From contig JBQTIM010000085.1 of the NCBI GenBank assembly GCA_052388135.1, positions 1 through 48,477 of the forward strand: DNA of 48,477 bases, in the 5' to 3' direction. The notes below the pieces were generated by a model. The model did not search any database. It saw only the letters and a list, made by a program, of their open reading frames with translations, and was not told the origin of the DNA. Both the position numbers and the translations under genes were made by a program. Position 1 is the stretch's first letter. Each line of letters begins with the position of its first letter. The DNA is from Elusimicrobiota bacterium. Lineage in GTDB: Bacteria; Elusimicrobiota; Elusimicrobia; FEN-1173. Below, piece after piece: positions 45,654-48,477 of this stretch.

Positions 45654-46697
45654 TTAAAAAAGGTTTTCCTGCTTGGCGTTTTTGGGCGGAGTTTTTCCGA
45701 GGTGGGCGTACGCTTGCGCCGTGGCCACGCGGCCGCGGGGCGTGCGGGCCAGAAACCCCGCCTTGATGAGGTAGGGCTCGTACACGTCCTCCACCGTCTC
45801 CCGCTCCTCGCTCACGGCCACGGCCACCGTGTCCAGCCCCACGGGCCCGCCGCCGAATTTTTCGATGATGGCGGACAAGATGCGGCGGTCGGACGCGTCC
45901 AGACCCAGGGCGTCCACCTCCAGCGCCTTCAAGGCCGTGTGGGCGATGGCCAGGGACACTTTTCCGTCGTTCTTCACTTCGGCGAAATCGCGCACGCGGC
46001 GCAGGAGGCGGTTGGCGATGCGCGGCGTCCCGCGCGAGCGGCGCGCGATCTCCCGGGCCGCCTCCTCCTCCAAAGGCGCGTTCAATATTTGCGCCGAGCG
46101 CCGGACGATGGCCGCCAAGTCGTCATCGGTGTAAAATTCCATCTGCGCCACGATGCCGAACCGGTCCCGCAGGGGCCCCGTGAGCAGGCCGGCGCGGGTG
46201 GTGGCGCCCACCAGCGTGAAGCGCGGCAGGGGCAGCTTGATGGTTTTGGCGGAAGGCCCCTGGCCGATGATGATGTCCAGGGCGAAATCCTCCATGGCAG
46301 GGTAAAGGGCCTCCTCCACCACGCGGTTCAGGCGGTGAATCTCGTCTATGAAGAAAACGTCCCCCTCCCCCAGATTCGTGAGGATGGCGGCCAAATCTCC
46401 CACGCGCTCGAGAACGGGCCCCGACGTCTGGCGCAAATTCACGCCCAGCTCCTTGGCGATGATGTGGGCCAGGGTCGTTTTTCCCAGGCCCGGCGGCGCG
46501 GAAAACAGGCAGTGGTCCAGGGGCTCCTTGCGACTCTGGGCCGCCTGGATGAAAATTTTAAGGTTGTCCTTGAGCTTGTCCTGGCCGATGAACTCGTCCA
46601 GGCTTTGGGGGCGGAGGGCGACATCCGCGGCCGCCTCTTCGGGCGCGGCGCCGGGGGCCACAGGCCGAGGGTCCAGGCGGTCGTCGGAAAGAGCCAC
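45654..46697 (-). CDS. ruvB: Holliday junction branch migration DNA helicase RuvB
   Basis: [12 protein letters not shown], Walker [10 protein letters not shown], Walker B FIDEIHR, and [18 protein letters not shown] start. Confidence 0.95.
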   Translation of the reverse strand: MALSDDRLDPRPVAPGAAPEEAAADVALRPQSLDEFIGQDKLKDNLKIFIQAAQSRKEPLDHCLFSAPPGLGKTTLAHIIAKELGVNLRQTSGPVLERVGDLAAILTNLGEGDVFFIDEIHRLNRVVEEALYPAMEDFALDIIIGQGPSAKTIKLPLPRFTLVGATTRAGLLTGPLRDRFGIVAQMEFYTDDDLAAIVRRSAQILNAPLEEEAAREIARRSRGTPRIANRLLRRVRDFAEVKNDGKVSLAIAHTALKALEVDALGLDASDRRILSAIIEKFGGGPVGLDTVAVAVSEERETVEDVYEPYLIKAGFLARTPRGRVATAQAYAHLGKTPPKNAKQENLF

Positions 46698-46698
46698 G

Positions 46699-47310
46699 TC
46701 AGTTGCGGCCGGACAGCTGCCGCAGGGCTTCGCGGATCAGCTGTTGGGCGGTGGCGTCTCCCAGGGCGCGGCGGGCCGTTTCCGTCGCTTGCCGGGAGGC
46801 GGGCTCCTTGTATCCGAGGGTGACGAGGCCTTGCACGGCTTCCTCGAAAGCCGAGGAAAGGGGCCGCCGGTCGGGCGCTTCGGCGAGAGGGATCTCTCCC
46901 AGGTGTCCTTGCAGGCCGGAAATAATTTTTTCCGCTGTTTTGGATGTGAAGCCGAAAAGGGCGACCAAGGTGCGGGCGTCCTTGTCGGCGACGGCGCGGC
47001 GGAAATCGTGGAGGGACTTGGCGGCCTTGTCCAGGAACTCCAGGGCCTTCTTGGCGCCGGTGCCGGGCACGTTGTTGCGGAAAGCGTCGAAAATCTGGCG
47101 TTCTTCCGAGCTTAGAAATCCATAAAGCGTTGTCCCCCCGCCGTACATGGCGACGGACTCGGCCACGTAGAGCAAGATGTCCTGGCCCGGAGCGGGAAGG
47201 CGCGCCGCCGCGAAGGGACTTAAGGAAACGGAGTAGCCCACGCCACCCACTTCAACGACCGCTCCGTCGGCGGTCCTTTCCAGAACCACGCCGCGCAAAG
47301 AGGCGATCAT
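46699..47310 (-). CDS. ruvA: Holliday junction DNA helicase RuvA
   Basis: MIASLRGVV...[10 protein letters not shown]..., HhH region VPGTGAKKA, and C-terminal domain III LGY.... Confidence 0.9.
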   Translation of the reverse strand: MIASLRGVVLERTADGAVVEVGGVGYSVSLSPFAAARLPAPGQDILLYVAESVAMYGGGTTLYGFLSSEERQIFDAFRNNVPGTGAKKALEFLDKAAKSLHDFRRAVADKDARTLVALFGFTSKTAEKIISGLQGHLGEIPLAEAPDRRPLSSAFEEAVQGLVTLGYKEPASRQATETARRALGDATAQQLIREALRQLSGRN

Positions 47311-47942
47311 TGCGAGGCAGGGGCAAGGCCGGTCGCAGAGCTCCCGGCACCTGGGACGCCGGAGGCGCTGATCCGGGGCGAGGGGCTCGGGGTGAGAGGC
47401 CGGCCGGCGACATTGGCTTGTGGTTTTATTTTGACTTCTAACCCCTTGCCCCTCGCCCCTACCCCCTCGATTCTAAACGTGTTGATGTGGCAGAGGGCCA
47501 CGGCCAGGGCGTCGGCGGCGTCGTCGGGCCGGGGGATGGTCTTGAGGCGCAAAAGCCTTTGCACCATGTGCTGCATCTGGAATTTGTCGGCGGAGCCGTA
47601 GCCGGTGAGAGCCATCTTCACCTGCCGGGGGTTGTATTCACAAACGGGAAGGCCCAGGTCCTGAAGGATGAAGAGGATGACGCCCCGGGCGTGGGCCACG
47701 GCGGCGGCGGAGCGGCTTTCCTTGGCGAAATAAAGCTCTTCCACGGCGGCGGCGGCGGGCTTTTGCTCGAACACGAGGCGGCGGAGTTGATCGGCCATAT
47801 GCAGCAGGCGGTTGGGAAGCGCCTGGCCGGCGGGCGTCAACAGGCAGCCGAAGCGGATGCCTTCATATCGCTGCGGGGCCGTGTTTTCAATGAGACCCCA
47901 GCCCGTGGTGGCCATGCCCGGGTCTATGCCTAAAATTTTCAT
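47307..47942 (-). CDS. ruvC: crossover junction endodeoxyribonuclease RuvC with extended low-complexity C-terminal tail
   Basis: MKILGIDPG...GWG, VEELYF, and DAADALAVALCH. About 55 aa follow the CH motif ([55 protein letters not shown]), longer than I expect. The stop overlaps the ruvA ATG (ATGA). Confidence 0.88.
   Translation of the reverse strand: MKILGIDPGMATTGWGLIENTAPQRYEGIRFGCLLTPAGQALPNRLLHMADQLRRLVFEQKPAAAAVEELYFAKESRSAAAVAHARGVILFILQDLGLPVCEYNPRQVKMALTGYGSADKFQMQHMVQRLLRLKTIPRPDDAADALAVALCHINTFRIEGVGARGKGLEVKIKPQANVAGRPLTPSPSPRISASGVPGAGSSATGLAPASQ
47442..47466 (-). other. canonical G-quadruplex motif on the coding (minus) strand
   Basis: The plus strand reads CCCC-TTG-CCCC-TCG-CCCC-TA-CCCCC. 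The minus strand and mRNA therefore carry G5-N2-G4-N3-G4-N3-G4. Confidence 0.7.
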
Positions 47943-48042
47943 CGGAGGAAAGAGGAGAGGAAGAACGACGGGAACGCGGGAAATTCTTTACGCTGTGGTT
48001 TTGCCTTGAACCGGCCGCGGCGCTGGTGACCGCTCGGCGCCA

Positions 48043-48477
48043 TCAACCCTGGCCCGCTTTGTCCAGAATTTCGCGCGGGATGTCGAAGTTGGCGTAGACT
48101 TCCGTGACGTCGTCGTGGTTCTCCAACTCGTCCATGAGGGCCAGCATCTGGTCGGCGTCGCCGCCGGAGAGCTTCACCGTGGTGTTGGGGATCATGGTGA
48201 CGTCGGCCGCCGTCAGGGGAACCTTGGCGGCTTCCAAGGCTTTCTTAACGGCCTCGAACTCGGCCGGGCCGGTGACGATCTCGTAAGACTCGTCGTCCTC
48301 CGCTTTAAAGTCCTCGCCTCCGGCGTCTATGGCGATGGACATGAGCTTTTCCTCATCGGGCCAGGCTTTCTTGTCCACGGTGAGGTAGCCCTTGGGCTGG
48401 AACATCCAGGCCACGCAGCCGGGCGCGCCCAGGTTTCCGTTGTGGCTGGCGAATATTTTTCGAATTTCGGAGGAGGT
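48043..48477 (-). CDS. yebC: YebC/PmpR family DNA-binding transcriptional regulator (5' end outside window)
   Basis: The reading frame is open to the window edge (TSSEIRKIFASHNGNLGAPGCVAWMFQPKGY...). C-terminal pattern DDVTEVYANFDI. Usual position upstream of ruvC. Confidence 0.88.
   Translation of the reverse strand, partial: TSSEIRKIFASHNGNLGAPGCVAWMFQPKGYLTVDKKAWPDEEKLMSIAIDAGGEDFKAEDDESYEIVTGPAEFEAVKKALEAAKVPLTAADVTMIPNTTVKLSGGDADQMLALMDELENHDDVTEVYANFDIPREILDKAGQG

Overview
This is a GC-rich (roughly two-thirds G+C by eye) chromosomal segment from a diderm (LPS-making) bacterium. I cannot assign a taxon from sequence alone. All calls come from reading the ORF translations for family motifs and reading the DNA for repeats and hairpins; no database search was possible.

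Layout:
- 0.3-8.7 kb: an isocitrate/isopropylmalate-dehydrogenase-family gene on the minus strand. It is followed on the plus strand by PBP1A, a three-gene block (saccharopine-dehydrogenase-like, aldehyde dehydrogenase, DUF1338/HglS-like) and a small secreted beta-rich protein. A minus-strand tRNA-Leu(UAA) lies in between.
- 8.9 kb to the window end: about 40 consecutive genes, all on the minus strand.
  - A PEP-CTERM protein, an orphan REC-Hpt plus REC-Cys4 response-regulator pair, and a DUF255 thioredoxin-like protein.
  - A very large LPS supercluster: lptCAB; kdsC, kdsA, kdsB (with pyrG between kdsA and kdsB); hldA; gmhB; lpxK; an LpxL-family acyltransferase; waaA plus DUF374. It also holds two GT9 heptosyltransferases, three GT4, one GT2, a CE4 deacetylase, a WaaL-like ligase and a GT39/ArnT-like-DUF2993 fusion.
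  - Then secDF-yajC, tgt-queA, SpoIID, DUF2905, ruvCAB and a partial yebC.
- Thirteen adjacent gene pairs overlap by exactly 4 nt (ATGA, GTGA or TTGA). I used this to trim over-long ORF-track starts.

I see no CRISPR array, integrase, transposase or recognisable defence genes, and no complete, convincing novel protein system.

The most unusual content is non-coding:
- A 146/147-bp tandem repeat whose last copy forms the 3' end of tRNA-Leu.
- A promoter, structured leader and terminator (a riboswitch/attenuator-like unit) ahead of the small outer-membrane-type gene.
- Several families of MITE-like or palindromic intergenic elements that punctuate the long operon array.

Protein-level oddities:
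- The GT39-DUF2993 fusion.
- The REC-Cys4 tail regulator.
- An ICMT-DUF3108 coupled pair.
- A RuvC with a low-complexity tail containing a G-quadruplex motif.
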